The translations under genes and the position numbers were made by a program. From contig JAISUH010000003.1 of the NCBI GenBank assembly GCA_031272205.1, positions 23,928 to 87,927 on the forward strand: 64,000 nt of DNA, in the 5' to 3' direction. How positions within the stretch are numbered: position 1 is the stretch's first letter; each line of letters opens with the position of its first letter. The DNA is from Dysgonamonadaceae bacterium. Its GTDB lineage: Bacteria > Bacteroidota > Bacteroidia > Bacteroidales > Dysgonomonadaceae. Below the pieces are notes generated by a model. It searched no databases. It had not been told where the DNA came from and saw nothing but the letters and a program-made list of their open reading frames with translations. Positions 40,215-49,561 of the stretch are shown in pieces.

Positions 40215-42902
40215 TTAAATTTTCGTTGTAAATTGATAAATACCCGAACCGACTTCCATTGCAACAACACCGTTTTCTTCGTTCAACAGTTTGATTTCTC
40301 TTATTTTAGAAATATTCCTGCCACTTTCCGTTATCGTTTTTGCCGATTTTGCCGGCACATAAACCGTGGCGATAGTGTTGTCAGGGATGGTTATGTTCAT
40401 GGTCAATATTCCATTTTTTTTACTCCATCCGCTTTTTATCAAGCCTTTAACGGTATCCAATTCGCCTTCGGCCTGATCCAAATCGTTAAAAATATAGGGA
40501 CGGATGACGAATTGTTCAAACCCCGGATGACGAACATCGGGTCTGATGCCGGCCACATATTTGTAGAACCACGAGCCGACGGAGCCCATCATCGGGTGGT
40601 TGTGCGAGTTCATCCCGTCGCCGGTAGTATATTCCCAGCGTTCAAAGAGTGTGGTAGCGCCTTTCGACAGCATAAAGCCCCAACTGGGATAGGTCGTTTG
40701 CGCGGCAATTTTGTAGGCCGTTTCGTGGTATCCGTGCTCTGTGAGCATTTCCAACAAGTATTTGGTACAGAGGTTGCCGGTTGTGAGATGATAACCGTGC
40801 TGTTTTACATTCTCTGCAAGATTGGCGGCTACACGGGCTACATTTTTTTCGCTCACTAAACCCATGTAAAGCGCAAAAGCGTTGGAAGCCTGATTGTTGG
40901 AAGCATATCCTCCGGCCTGTTCGTCCCAGTATTCGCGATTGAAAGCCTCGCCGGTTTTTTCGGCCATTTCCCTGTATTTCACAACATCAACCTTGTTACC
41001 GGTTATTTCAGCCATCTCGGAAAGGAGTGTTGCGCAGTAATACAAATAACCGGTCGAAATCATTTTTCCGGGTGTGTCGCGTGAAATGGGGCCGCCACCC
41101 AGTCCAAATTCCACGGGCGGACACCAGTCGCCGTAATAGCTGTAATCGACAATACCATTATCGGTGCGCGAATAGAGGTAGTCCGTCCAGGCTTTCATAC
41201 CTTCGTAGTGCTCGGCGATGATGCGGCGGTCGCCGTAAAACTCGTAACATTTCCAAGCCATTAGCAGGTAGCTGGCGCAAACCGGGTCGGCAGGCCGTGT
41301 TCCAAAACGGAAAGGAGCCACGCAGGTAATACGGCCTTCTTCGTCTTGCGTATCGGCTACATCGTCTATAAATTTGGCATAAAAACGCGACATGTTGAAA
41401 TTATATACTGCCTGTTCAATCCTCACTGTCAAGTCGTTGAGCCATCCCATGCGTTCGTCGCGCTGCGGGCAATCAGTGGGTACGCTGTGCAGGTTACTTG
41501 CCTCGGTATTGAACACCATGCGATGAATGTCGTTGAGCAAGGGGTTGCTGCACGAAAATCGACCTGTTTGCGCCACGGCCGAACGCACTACATGTATAGT
41601 AATGTCTCCTTTTTTGGGTTTATAGGGAAAGCCATCCACCTGTACGTAACGAAAACCGTGGTAGGTAAATGCCGGATGCCAGGTTTCCACTCCTTTACCG
41701 CTTAAAATATAAGTGTCTGTCACTCGTGCGTTGCGGAGGTTTTCCTGATTCACCAAACCGCTCTCATAACAGGTTTCGGCAAAGCGAAGGGTTATTTTTG
41801 TGCCTTCTTTGCCCTGCACTCTCAGCTCGGACCAACCGGCGAGATTACGTCCGGCATCTACCACATAAACACCCGGTTGCGGCTCAGCGATGCTTGCCGG
41901 TACAATGGTATCGACAATTTGTATCGGCTCAACATTTGAAGCAACCATATTGCTGCCCGGATCAACCGTATTGTAGGCGAAAGCCCATTCCTTGTCCATG
42001 ACGGGGGGCAAAGTGTCGGTGCCGTTCAGTTTAGCGGTGTTCAGCCGCGCGTCATAACATTCACCATCGAAAACAGTAGAATAGACTGTCGGGCCGGTTG
42101 TTACATGCCGGAAAGCATCGGAAGAAAGTTGCAATCGATTACCATCGGTTTCTTCAACTTCCATTTGTATGCGCAGGGAAGGCAGACCGTACCAGCCGGG
42201 AGCAACGCTGGCAAGGATGGTATTTACTTTTTCCGAAAAGAAATCCGTAATATCGTAAGTTGTATAGTAAATGCGTTTGTCGTAAGTGCTTTGCGCGGGT
42301 TCGAGAACATTTTGCCCGACTTTTTTACCGTTGATGTGCAATTCGTAGTATCCTAATCCGGATATATACATGCGAGCCTGTTTCAACGGCTTGTCTTTGT
42401 GGAAGATACTTTTATAGTATAACACCCGTCCGGGCATGCCGGCGGCGTAGGTTATCCAACCGGTGAGCCAGTCCCGCGGGTTGAGCAGCCCCATTTCGAA
42501 AATAGCCGGATGCGACCATTCGCTTTTAGTATTGTTGTTGAGTTCTGTTTGCACTTTCCAGAAATAACGGCTGCGGCTGGTCAACTGCTGCCCTGCATAT
42601 TCTACAATAGAAGCCGATGATTTTATTTTGCCGCTATCCCACACATCGGCGCTGTCAGCAGCTAAGTTTTCCTCGGACGTAGCCACTAAAATGCGGTAAG
42701 ACTGTTGCATTACGCCGCGCTTTCCGCTTTCGATGCGCCAACTCAGCCGCGGGGACTGAACGTCTATCCCAATGGGGTTAGCGGCGTATTCACAACGCAG
42801 ATCAACAATTTGAGCCGTTCTATTTTCTAACGAAAACGAAAGATTCGTTCCCAACAAACAGCATAATAAACAACTGATGATTTTTCTTTTCAACACATTC
42901 AT
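40215..42902 (-). CDS. Alpha-L-rhamnosidase, GH78
   Basis: 895 aa. The N-terminus LRCEYAANPIGIDVQSPRLSWRI...QQSYRILVA is the typical GH78 opening, followed by a six-hairpin catalytic region. Confidence 0.88.
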   Translation of the reverse strand: MNVLKRKIISCLLCCLLGTNLSFSLENRTAQIVDLRCEYAANPIGIDVQSPRLSWRIESGKRGVMQQSYRILVATSEENLAADSADVWDSGKIKSSASIVEYAGQQLTSRSRYFWKVQTELNNNTKSEWSHPAIFEMGLLNPRDWLTGWITYAAGMPGRVLYYKSIFHKDKPLKQARMYISGLGYYELHINGKKVGQNVLEPAQSTYDKRIYYTTYDITDFFSEKVNTILASVAPGWYGLPSLRIQMEVEETDGNRLQLSSDAFRHVTTGPTVYSTVFDGECYDARLNTAKLNGTDTLPPVMDKEWAFAYNTVDPGSNMVASNVEPIQIVDTIVPASIAEPQPGVYVVDAGRNLAGWSELRVQGKEGTKITLRFAETCYESGLVNQENLRNARVTDTYILSGKGVETWHPAFTYHGFRYVQVDGFPYKPKKGDITIHVVRSAVAQTGRFSCSNPLLNDIHRMVFNTEASNLHSVPTDCPQRDERMGWLNDLTVRIEQAVYNFNMSRFYAKFIDDVADTQDEEGRITCVAPFRFGTRPADPVCASYLLMAWKCYEFYGDRRIIAEHYEGMKAWTDYLYSRTDNGIVDYSYYGDWCPPVEFGLGGGPISRDTPGKMISTGYLYYCATLLSEMAEITGNKVDVVKYREMAEKTGEAFNREYWDEQAGGYASNNQASNAFALYMGLVSEKNVARVAANLAENVKQHGYHLTTGNLCTKYLLEMLTEHGYHETAYKIAAQTTYPSWGFMLSKGATTLFERWEYTTGDGMNSHNHPMMGSVGSWFYKYVAGIRPDVRHPGFEQFVIRPYIFNDLDQAEGELDTVKGLIKSGWSKKNGILTMNITIPDNTIATVYVPAKSAKTITESGRNISKIREIKLLNEENGVVAMEVGSGIYQFTTKI

Positions 42903-43052
42903 ACGAATCGGTATTTATTTGTTACAAAATAAGGAGATAAACTTTAAATTCGTTTGATGATTTGTCCCAATTTTTTGTATTTTAATTCCAATTTACCGCG
43001 GTGTTTTGCATTTTCCGTCCAAATAGTTGTAAAAATCATTCAAAATCGTTTT

Positions 43053-43060
43053 TACATTTG
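43053..43060 (+). promoter_or_regulatory. -7 box TACATTTG upstream of the HTCS gene
   Basis: 46 nt upstream of the ATG at 43106 and inside the longer ORF alternative, which supports the shorter start. Confidence 0.45.
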
Positions 43061-43105
43061 TTCACTGACGATTTTTTTTCTATTTTAGGGTCTTTTCCGT
43101 ATGGT

Positions 43106-46100
43106 ATGAAAAAAATATTAGTCCCCTTCTTGGCATTGATTGCTTACCTGTGTTCCTGTGAAAGAGACAAGACATCCGGTATCGCTGAAACTCCACGAGA
43201 GCAAAAAGTGTCGTATCTGAATATCCAATCTTTTTGCCAAGATTCGCTGGGATACGTATGGATCGCTACCCTTCACGGGTTAGACCGCTACAACGGATAC
43301 GAATTTACCCAATACTTCCACAATGCAGCCGATTCGTCGTCGATAAACAACGATATGGTTTTTTCATTATACTTGGATTCGTCACAGCGTTTATGGGTGG
43401 GGACGCTATCGGGCGCTAACCGTTACGACTTCAAAAGCAATCGGTTTGTCCGCTACAATAATATTGATAATTATGCTTCAAATGTTTATTCGTTTTTTGA
43501 AGATTGTTCCAAAAATATCTGGGTGGCCACACACAGCGGGCCGGGATTGATTGACTCTGTGAAGCGAAAAGTGATATTTCCCTCAAAGGACAGGTGTATT
43601 GTTCGTTCCTTTTGGGAAGATAATTTCCGTCGCCTGTGGATGGGTACTAACCAAGGGCTTGCCGAGCGGCAAAACGATTCGTTGTGGAATTATTATCCGC
43701 TACCGGACAATCGACAGGTTACTTCGTGCGTTTATATCGATCCCGGCGGTATGTGGTGGGCAGGCACCAATGCCGGCTTGGTGTGTTTCGACCCCCGATC
43801 GCGTACTTTTAAAAAACTCCCGTCAGCCTTGGAATGTCCCGAACTGAGCCAATCGCAAATCAACTTCATTCAGGAAACCAAGCAGTTGAAGCTGTTGATC
43901 GGGACCGAAACACAAGGTCTTTTTCAGTACGATATTCTGACGCAAACTTTACAACAGAATGAACCATGGCGCATCAATTATTTCGATTCCAAAGAATTGC
44001 TTGCCTGCTATGTGGATAGGCAGGAGAATGTCTGGATGGGGTCTTACGACAAAGGTTTTACGGTATGGAACAAATCTTTGGAATATTTTAATGACGAACG
44101 CCCGTTGGGGAATATGGTCAAAGACAAGTTTGTTACCCGTATTGCCGAAGACCGGTACGGCAACTTGTGGATCGCCACCCGCTATCACGGTCTTTTTCAT
44201 TATGCCAAATCGGGTAAAATTACCGTATATAATGCCCAAAACTCCGATTTATTTAACGGAAACACCAAACAAATTGAAGAACTCTTTATCGATTCCAAAA
44301 ACAGAATATGGATTGGTCTTGCCGAACAACTCATCGTTGGTTCAATTTCAGCCGACGGGCGTATCCATCTGCTTGCAAAAAAACCGATAGAACAAGTACG
44401 AACAATGAAGGAAGACCCGCGGGGAAATCTGTGGATTGGATCTTGGTACGGATTGTTTAAAATGGAAAACCTTGACCGGGTCAAAACCATTTGCTCCGGC
44501 AATATTCCGGATCTATGTATCTTAGATTCAGGAGATCTGTTGTTCTCGGCGTATGATAACGGCCTTTTCCGATTGGCGGAAAACGATTCGGTAGCGCAAA
44601 AAATAACGCCGTCGGCGGAGGGTATGGCTGTTGCTCAACACTGCATAACGCTCTTTGAAGATTCGCAACAGCGGGTGTGGATGGGCAGTTACGGTTACGG
44701 GATGTTGTGCAGGACGGGCAACGACTATCGTGTTTTTACCAAAAAGGACGGCTTACCCAACAACAATGTGCTGTGTTTCGAGGAGGATCGGCAAGGCAAT
44801 CTATGGATGAGTACTTCTAATGGCCTGTCGAAACTGAATACGACCGACAGTTCCTTTACCAATTTTTACAGCAGCGACGGCACTTTGGGGAATCAATATC
44901 ACGAAAAGGGGGGGTTGAAACACTCTGACGGGCGGATTTTTTTTACAGGGAATCACGGTCTTACCTTTTTTAATCCCTTAGCTGTTTTACCCGAAAAAGG
45001 CCGTCCGGTAGTACACTTGGAAGACCTGAAAATACTGGGCAGAAGCGTCCAGCCTGAAGCCGACGATTTGGTTCTGCCGATAGCCATTGCGTATATCCGC
45101 AACATTACCCTCAGCCACAAACAGTCCAATTTCTCCATCGATTATGCCGGAATCGATTTTATAGCGCCCGATAAATTGACCTACGCCTATAAAATGGAGG
45201 GTTTCGACGAAAATTGGAATAATGTGGGAAACTTCCGCCGCGCTACTTATTCCAACTTGCCTGCCGGAAAATATACTTTCTTGGTCAAAGCCATTAATGG
45301 AGATGGGGTAGAAAGTGCTCAACCGGCTGCTGTTCAGATCACCATTAAACCGGCGCCATGGTTTTCGTGGTGGGCTTGGACATTGTATATCACAGCGCTG
45401 TTAATCAGCTCTTTTTTTCTGTCCCGATTGATTATAAAAGTAAATATCAACAAACATCTGTTGGAAATCGAATCCAAAGAAAAAGAACGGGAACACGAAA
45501 TATCGGAAATGAAAATGAAATTTTTCACCAACATATCGCACGAACTGAGGACTCCTCTAACTTTAATTTCGGCGCCATTGGAACAATTATCATCAGTCGG
45601 CGGCTTAAACGAAGCGGGTATGCGGATTTTGGATACAGCCTCCCGAAATGTGCAAAGAATGCTTCGCCTTATCAGTCAACTCCTCGATTTTAATAAGATG
45701 GAAAACGGAATATTGGAGTTGAAAGTACAACACGAAAACAGCATTCAGCTTATCCGGAGCATCTTGGAGGTGTATGTATCCTCTATCGAAAAAAAACGGA
45801 TAAACTTTAAGTTTTGCCCTCACAAAGAAAATGTTGTTTTGTGGATGGATGTGGACAAATTCGAAAAAATTCTCCACAATTTATTGTCAAACGCCCTGAA
45901 ACATACTCCGGAAGGGGGAGACATATCGGTAACAGTTAATGAAATAAGTTCCTTTGAGGCCGATGCTCAATACCAATTCACAGACAAAACGGGATTGAAT
46001 GAGCGCTATATGGAAGTAACTGTCGAAAATACGGGCGCCAGTATCCCCGAAAATAAACTTGGCGAATTGTTTCAGCGTTACCACCAGATTGAAGGCCTTT

Positions 46101-47113
46101 CGGGACTGAATCTCGACTATGGCGGCAGCGGAATAGGGCTGCATTATACAAAAACCTTAGTAGAAACGCACAAAGGCTGTATTTGTGCAAAACCCAAACA
46201 GGGTGGAGGGATGGTCTTCTCTTTTATCCTTCCGGTTGAAGACGTGTATGACGACACCGAAAAAAGAAATGTTCCCGAAGAAATAGTGTTTGAAAAACAA
46301 TACGAACTTCCCCCCGACGATAACCCGAAAACGCCCAAATATTGTTCCATCCTGATTGTGGAAGATAATATCGAACTTTTGGGATTTATCAGGGATTTGC
46401 TGCACAGCCATTATGAACTGTTTGAAGCGATGGACGGCGATAAGGCATGGGCCTTGGTACAGGACAAACAACCCGATTTGATTCTGAGCGACGTGCTTAT
46501 ACCGGGCATGTCGGGCTACGAACTCTGTGCCAATGTGAAAAAACATCCCGATTTCAGCCATATCCCGGTGATACTTCTCACGGCCAAAACTACCTTGCCC
46601 GACCAACTAAAAGGGCTTGAAGAAGGCGCTGACGCTTACATCTGCAAACCCTTCAACGTCGATTATTTGCTGCTGACAATCAAAAATCTATTCTTGACTC
46701 GCGACAGGCTCCGTCAATGGTATCTGACCCCCAAATCGAAAACTCAAGATGAAAAATCGATTTCGGTTTCATTGAGCATCCACGATGAGAAAATGATGAA
46801 CAAATTGACCCTCTTATTGGAAAAAGAACTGTCGAATCCTGACTTAAATGTGGATTATCTCGGCCGCGACTTAGGGTTTAGCCGTACCAGTTTCTACCGT
46901 AAAATGAAGGGATTGATGAATTTGTCGCCCAACGAATTTCTGATAAACTATCGCCTGAGAAAAGCCGCCGAAATGTTGCAGGACGAAAATTTGTCGCTTT
47001 CCGAAATATCCGACAAAACCGGTTTCAGTTCCTATTCTTATTTTTCAAAATCATTTAAAAAATATTTTGGCGCTACGCCAAAAGATTATCGAAAAACAAA
47101 AACAGGTAAATAA
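43106..47113 (+). CDS. Hybrid two-component system sensor kinase/response regulator with AraC-type HTH (HTCS)
   Basis: Periplasmic propeller repeats and a Y_Y_Y region, then H-box FTNISHELRTPLT, G-box GSGIGLHYTK, receiver ILIVEDN...DLILSDVLIPGMSG, and an AraC HTH tail. Confidence 0.93.
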   Translation: MKKILVPFLALIAYLCSCERDKTSGIAETPREQKVSYLNIQSFCQDSLGYVWIATLHGLDRYNGYEFTQYFHNAADSSSINNDMVFSLYLDSSQRLWVGTLSGANRYDFKSNRFVRYNNIDNYASNVYSFFEDCSKNIWVATHSGPGLIDSVKRKVIFPSKDRCIVRSFWEDNFRRLWMGTNQGLAERQNDSLWNYYPLPDNRQVTSCVYIDPGGMWWAGTNAGLVCFDPRSRTFKKLPSALECPELSQSQINFIQETKQLKLLIGTETQGLFQYDILTQTLQQNEPWRINYFDSKELLACYVDRQENVWMGSYDKGFTVWNKSLEYFNDERPLGNMVKDKFVTRIAEDRYGNLWIATRYHGLFHYAKSGKITVYNAQNSDLFNGNTKQIEELFIDSKNRIWIGLAEQLIVGSISADGRIHLLAKKPIEQVRTMKEDPRGNLWIGSWYGLFKMENLDRVKTICSGNIPDLCILDSGDLLFSAYDNGLFRLAENDSVAQKITPSAEGMAVAQHCITLFEDSQQRVWMGSYGYGMLCRTGNDYRVFTKKDGLPNNNVLCFEEDRQGNLWMSTSNGLSKLNTTDSSFTNFYSSDGTLGNQYHEKGGLKHSDGRIFFTGNHGLTFFNPLAVLPEKGRPVVHLEDLKILGRSVQPEADDLVLPIAIAYIRNITLSHKQSNFSIDYAGIDFIAPDKLTYAYKMEGFDENWNNVGNFRRATYSNLPAGKYTFLVKAINGDGVESAQPAAVQITIKPAPWFSWWAWTLYITALLISSFFLSRLIIKVNINKHLLEIESKEKEREHEISEMKMKFFTNISHELRTPLTLISAPLEQLSSVGGLNEAGMRILDTASRNVQRMLRLISQLLDFNKMENGILELKVQHENSIQLIRSILEVYVSSIEKKRINFKFCPHKENVVLWMDVDKFEKILHNLLSNALKHTPEGGDISVTVNEISSFEADAQYQFTDKTGLNERYMEVTVENTGASIPENKLGELFQRYHQIEGLSGLNLDYGGSGIGLHYTKTLVETHKGCICAKPKQGGGMVFSFILPVEDVYDDTEKRNVPEEIVFEKQYELPPDDNPKTPKYCSILIVEDNIELLGFIRDLLHSHYELFEAMDGDKAWALVQDKQPDLILSDVLIPGMSGYELCANVKKHPDFSHIPVILLTAKTTLPDQLKGLEEGADAYICKPFNVDYLLLTIKNLFLTRDRLRQWYLTPKSKTQDEKSISVSLSIHDEKMMNKLTLLLEKELSNPDLNVDYLGRDLGFSRTSFYRKMKGLMNLSPNEFLINYRLRKAAEMLQDENLSLSEISDKTGFSSYSYFSKSFKKYFGATPKDYRKTKTGK

Positions 47114-47144
47114 TATCTTGTTTTTTGAACAGCAAACATTTTAT

Positions 47145-48260
47145 TTACAATAATTTATATACTCCGCCGGGCAACGACTGCACCACGTTTTTCATCTCCA
47201 ATTCGAGCAGGGTGAAAAAGAGTTCCGAAACAGGCACGTTGAGTTCTATGCCCAGCATGTTTACCTGAACACCGTCGTTGTGTTTGGCCAAAGCATTGAA
47301 TATCCGTTCTTCTTCTTCCGAAAGATTCAGAAAGAGTTCTTTTTGTTTCGGCTGGGGACGGGAAGACGAATCCCAATTCATCAGCGCGATAAATTCGTTG
47401 GCATCCTGAAGCAACACGGCTTTGTTGTTCGCGATTAAATTGTTGCAGCCTTTCGATGCGTTGTCGGTTGTCCTTCCCGGAACGGCAAAAACCTCGCGAT
47501 AATAGGAATTGGCAATATCGGCCGTGATGAGCGATCCGCCTCTCTCTCCCGATTCCATCACAATCACGGCATCGGCCATTCCGGCCACAATGCGGTTGCG
47601 TTTCACGAAATTGAACTTGTCGGGGGTGGTTTTGCTGGGAAATTCGGTGATAAGCGCCCCTTTTTCGAGCATTTCGATAGCTGTTTTCCGGTGCATTTCG
47701 GGATAAATGCGATCCAAGCCGTGTCCTAAGACGGCCACGGTAGAGAGTCCCGATTGAAGCGCCGCCCGATGCGCACAAACATCAATCCCGTAAGCTAAAC
47801 CGCTTATCACGAGCAATTCGGGGAATTTATCGGCAAGAGTGTCGATCAATGTCTCACAAAATTTTTGCCCGTAGGGCGTTGCGTTTCGCGTGCCGACGAC
47901 ACTGATAATCTTCTGACGGTTGAAGTCGGCATCGCCTTTGGCATACAGTAGAACGGGCGCATCAATGCAATTGTTCAGCCGCGAGGGATAATCGGGATTG
48001 GTAAAGAAAAACATGCGCAGGTGGTTTTTCTCGACGAACTCCAATTCGCGTTCGGCTTTCCGCATCACTTCCGGATTGCGAATCTCGGCAACCAATCGGG
48101 CGGAAATACGCGGTATTTTTTCGAGCACTCTTGCTTTTTCCCGAAAAACGGCTTCTTCGTCGCCTGCGGCCTGCACGAGGTTCCGCGCGTGCATTACGCC
48201 TATGCCGGGAATCATAGTCAGGGCTATTTGGCAGAGGGTTTTTGTCGCTTGTTGAGGCAT
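47145..48260 (-). CDS. dprA: DNA processing protein DprA
   Basis: Rossmann-like core VVGTRNATPYG...GLAYGIDVCAHRAAL...GSLITA, 371 aa. Confidence 0.9.
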   Translation of the reverse strand: MPQQATKTLCQIALTMIPGIGVMHARNLVQAAGDEEAVFREKARVLEKIPRISARLVAEIRNPEVMRKAERELEFVEKNHLRMFFFTNPDYPSRLNNCIDAPVLLYAKGDADFNRQKIISVVGTRNATPYGQKFCETLIDTLADKFPELLVISGLAYGIDVCAHRAALQSGLSTVAVLGHGLDRIYPEMHRKTAIEMLEKGALITEFPSKTTPDKFNFVKRNRIVAGMADAVIVMESGERGGSLITADIANSYYREVFAVPGRTTDNASKGCNNLIANNKAVLLQDANEFIALMNWDSSSRPQPKQKELFLNLSEEEERIFNALAKHNDGVQVNMLGIELNVPVSELFFTLLELEMKNVVQSLPGGVYKLL

Positions 48261-48316
48261 AAGTTTTTAAAATTGACAAATTTAAAATCCCGATTCTTCA
48301 TGAAAGCGGAACACTG

Positions 48317-48324
48317 CAAATATA
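48317..48324 (-). promoter_or_regulatory. -7 box TATATTTG upstream of dprA
   Basis: Reverse complement of CAAATATA, 57 nt upstream of the ATG. Confidence 0.4.
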
Positions 48325-48385
48325 GGAAAAAGTTTTCAGGGAAACGGTGTTTTGGGGGATGATTGTTTTTCTTTAGTTTTACCTT

Positions 48386-48422
48386 AAAAAGAGACGATTA
48401 TCTCCTGAGGACAATCGTCTCT
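48386..48422 (-). terminator. Terminator directly after the small peptide ORF
   Basis: On the minus strand: AGAGACGATT / AATCGTCTCT, a 10-bp stem with a 13-nt loop, followed by TTTT. It begins 13 nt after the TGA at 48436-48438. Confidence 0.65.
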
Positions 48423-48435
48423 GTAGTTTTTCTAA

Positions 48436-48600
48436 TCAACAAGGCGCAGCATAAGACGCTTTTTCAAATGGAATCCATAACACAAAAAATTTTTCTTGAC
48501 AAATCTTTATACCACCATAACATTCGGTACATTTTGTTGCATTTCCCCAAAATCTGCCACCTTGAATCGAGGACATCTTTTCAATACTCATTGTTTTCAT
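48436..48600 (-). CDS. 54-aa double-glycine-leader peptide, bacteriocin-like (absent from the ORF track because it is under 60 aa)
   Basis: Hand translation: MKTMSIEKMSSIQGG / RFWGNATKCTECYGGIKICQEKFFVLWIPFEKASYAAPC. It has an ATG start, a TGA stop, and a terminator 13 nt downstream. The leader fits the LSxxELxxIxGG pattern, and the core has four Cys. Confidence 0.6.
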   Translation of the reverse strand: MKTMSIEKMSSIQGGRFWGNATKCTECYGGIKICQEKFFVLWIPFEKASYAAPC

Positions 48601-48664
48601 ACTCTGAAAAAATTAAAAGTTAGACATAATATTAATAACTAAGAGCATACATAAACGTCTGCCC

Positions 48665-49561
48665 TTATTCCATAATTTGTAATCCCATTCGTATGTTCAT
48701 TTTTGCATTTTTGCCGTAAAAGTCTTTTATTGTGGTTGCCCATGCAGCATCCTCGTTTTCCATCTTTTTCCACTCAAAATCATTGGTAATCGTCCTGCTC
48801 CACGTCCGAGAAGAACTTTCGGCACCTGTAACATCTAATGCAGGGCTTATTAATAACCGAGGGTTTGAATTGTTTGGAGCAATAAAATCCACAACTATAA
48901 ATACACCTTTCTCCGGAAACAGCACTGGCTCAAGTAGTTTGATAACTTCTTTCCCCGAATAATTTTTTGCGGAATTATTGATAATTCGCCTTTCTATTAT
49001 AGATATGTTGCCAGGGGCACCGTCTTTGTCGGGTAGCCGCAAATCGAAACAGATATTGGATTTATGATAAAGAAATTCCTTACCCCCCTTTACATCGCTT
49101 AAAAATGAAATTATAGATACAATCCAAGGTGGTGAAACCCATGCACTATCATAAGGCATAAACAAAGCAAAATTGGTGTTGGGAGACGGAATCAACCCAT
49201 AATCTCCTTTTTTCTTTAAACAGCCAATTTCTCTTCGTTTGGAAGACTCGTTGGATACCACAACTTCCGGCAGCGTATTTGTTATTGGTGTCAGGATTAC
49301 CTTCTCATGGTCTTCAACTAATTGCATGTCTATCAATTTAGGGGCGTAGGCAATTTGTGAGATAAAAATATGCCTTACACTATCCGGAATAATGGCCACA
49401 CCTTGTTCGTCGGCATAAATTCCACCCTTCCCATCGATAAACTGTACAGTCGCAAATGACACAGCCTCCTGCGTAAGGTTATCAGTGATGAAGATGATTT
49501 TCTGTTGGCAGAAACAAGCAAAGGATAACGATAAAAATACAAGTGATAGAAAAAGTTTCAC
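48665..49561 (-). CDS. Secreted protein of unknown function with a carboxypeptidase-regulatory-like N-terminal domain
   Basis: GTG start, signal peptide MKLFLSLVFLSLSFACFCQQ, then KIIFITDNLTQEAVSFATVQFIDG. The coding sequence is AT-rich. Confidence 0.6.
   Translation of the reverse strand: MKLFLSLVFLSLSFACFCQQKIIFITDNLTQEAVSFATVQFIDGKGGIYADEQGVAIIPDSVRHIFISQIAYAPKLIDMQLVEDHEKVILTPITNTLPEVVVSNESSKRREIGCLKKKGDYGLIPSPNTNFALFMPYDSAWVSPPWIVSIISFLSDVKGGKEFLYHKSNICFDLRLPDKDGAPGNISIIERRIINNSAKNYSGKEVIKLLEPVLFPEKGVFIVVDFIAPNNSNPRLLISPALDVTGAESSSRTWSRTITNDFEWKKMENEDAAWATTIKDFYGKNAKMNIRMGLQIME

Noticed and set aside
39264-40859. 531-aa ORF on the plus strand
   Set aside because: It is antisense to two different, well-supported minus-strand genes (the GH-like lipoprotein and GH78) and spans their intergenic gap. 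It has no motifs, signal peptide or promoter.
42903-43000. Looked for a TAnnTTTG promoter for the GH78-led PUL operon
   Set aside because: Only a near match was found (TTATTTTG on the minus strand, one base short of consensus). It is not reported as a feature, so the operon promoter remains unidentified.
43001-43105. N-terminal 35-aa extension of the HTCS ORF; similar extensions exist at 330-383, 19554-19625, 28939-29025, 32103-32141, 38288-38338 and 58230-58280
   Set aside because: The downstream Met gives a proper signal peptide or canonical N-terminus in each case. The extensions either overlap the upstream gene or contain the predicted -7 promoter box.
48363-48623. 86-aa plus-strand ORF in the AT-rich islet
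   Set aside because: It starts inside the terminator hairpin and runs antisense across the whole GG-peptide ORF. Its product is a hydrophobic, low-complexity string with no start context and no downstream terminator. The minus-strand peptide explains the terminator placement better.
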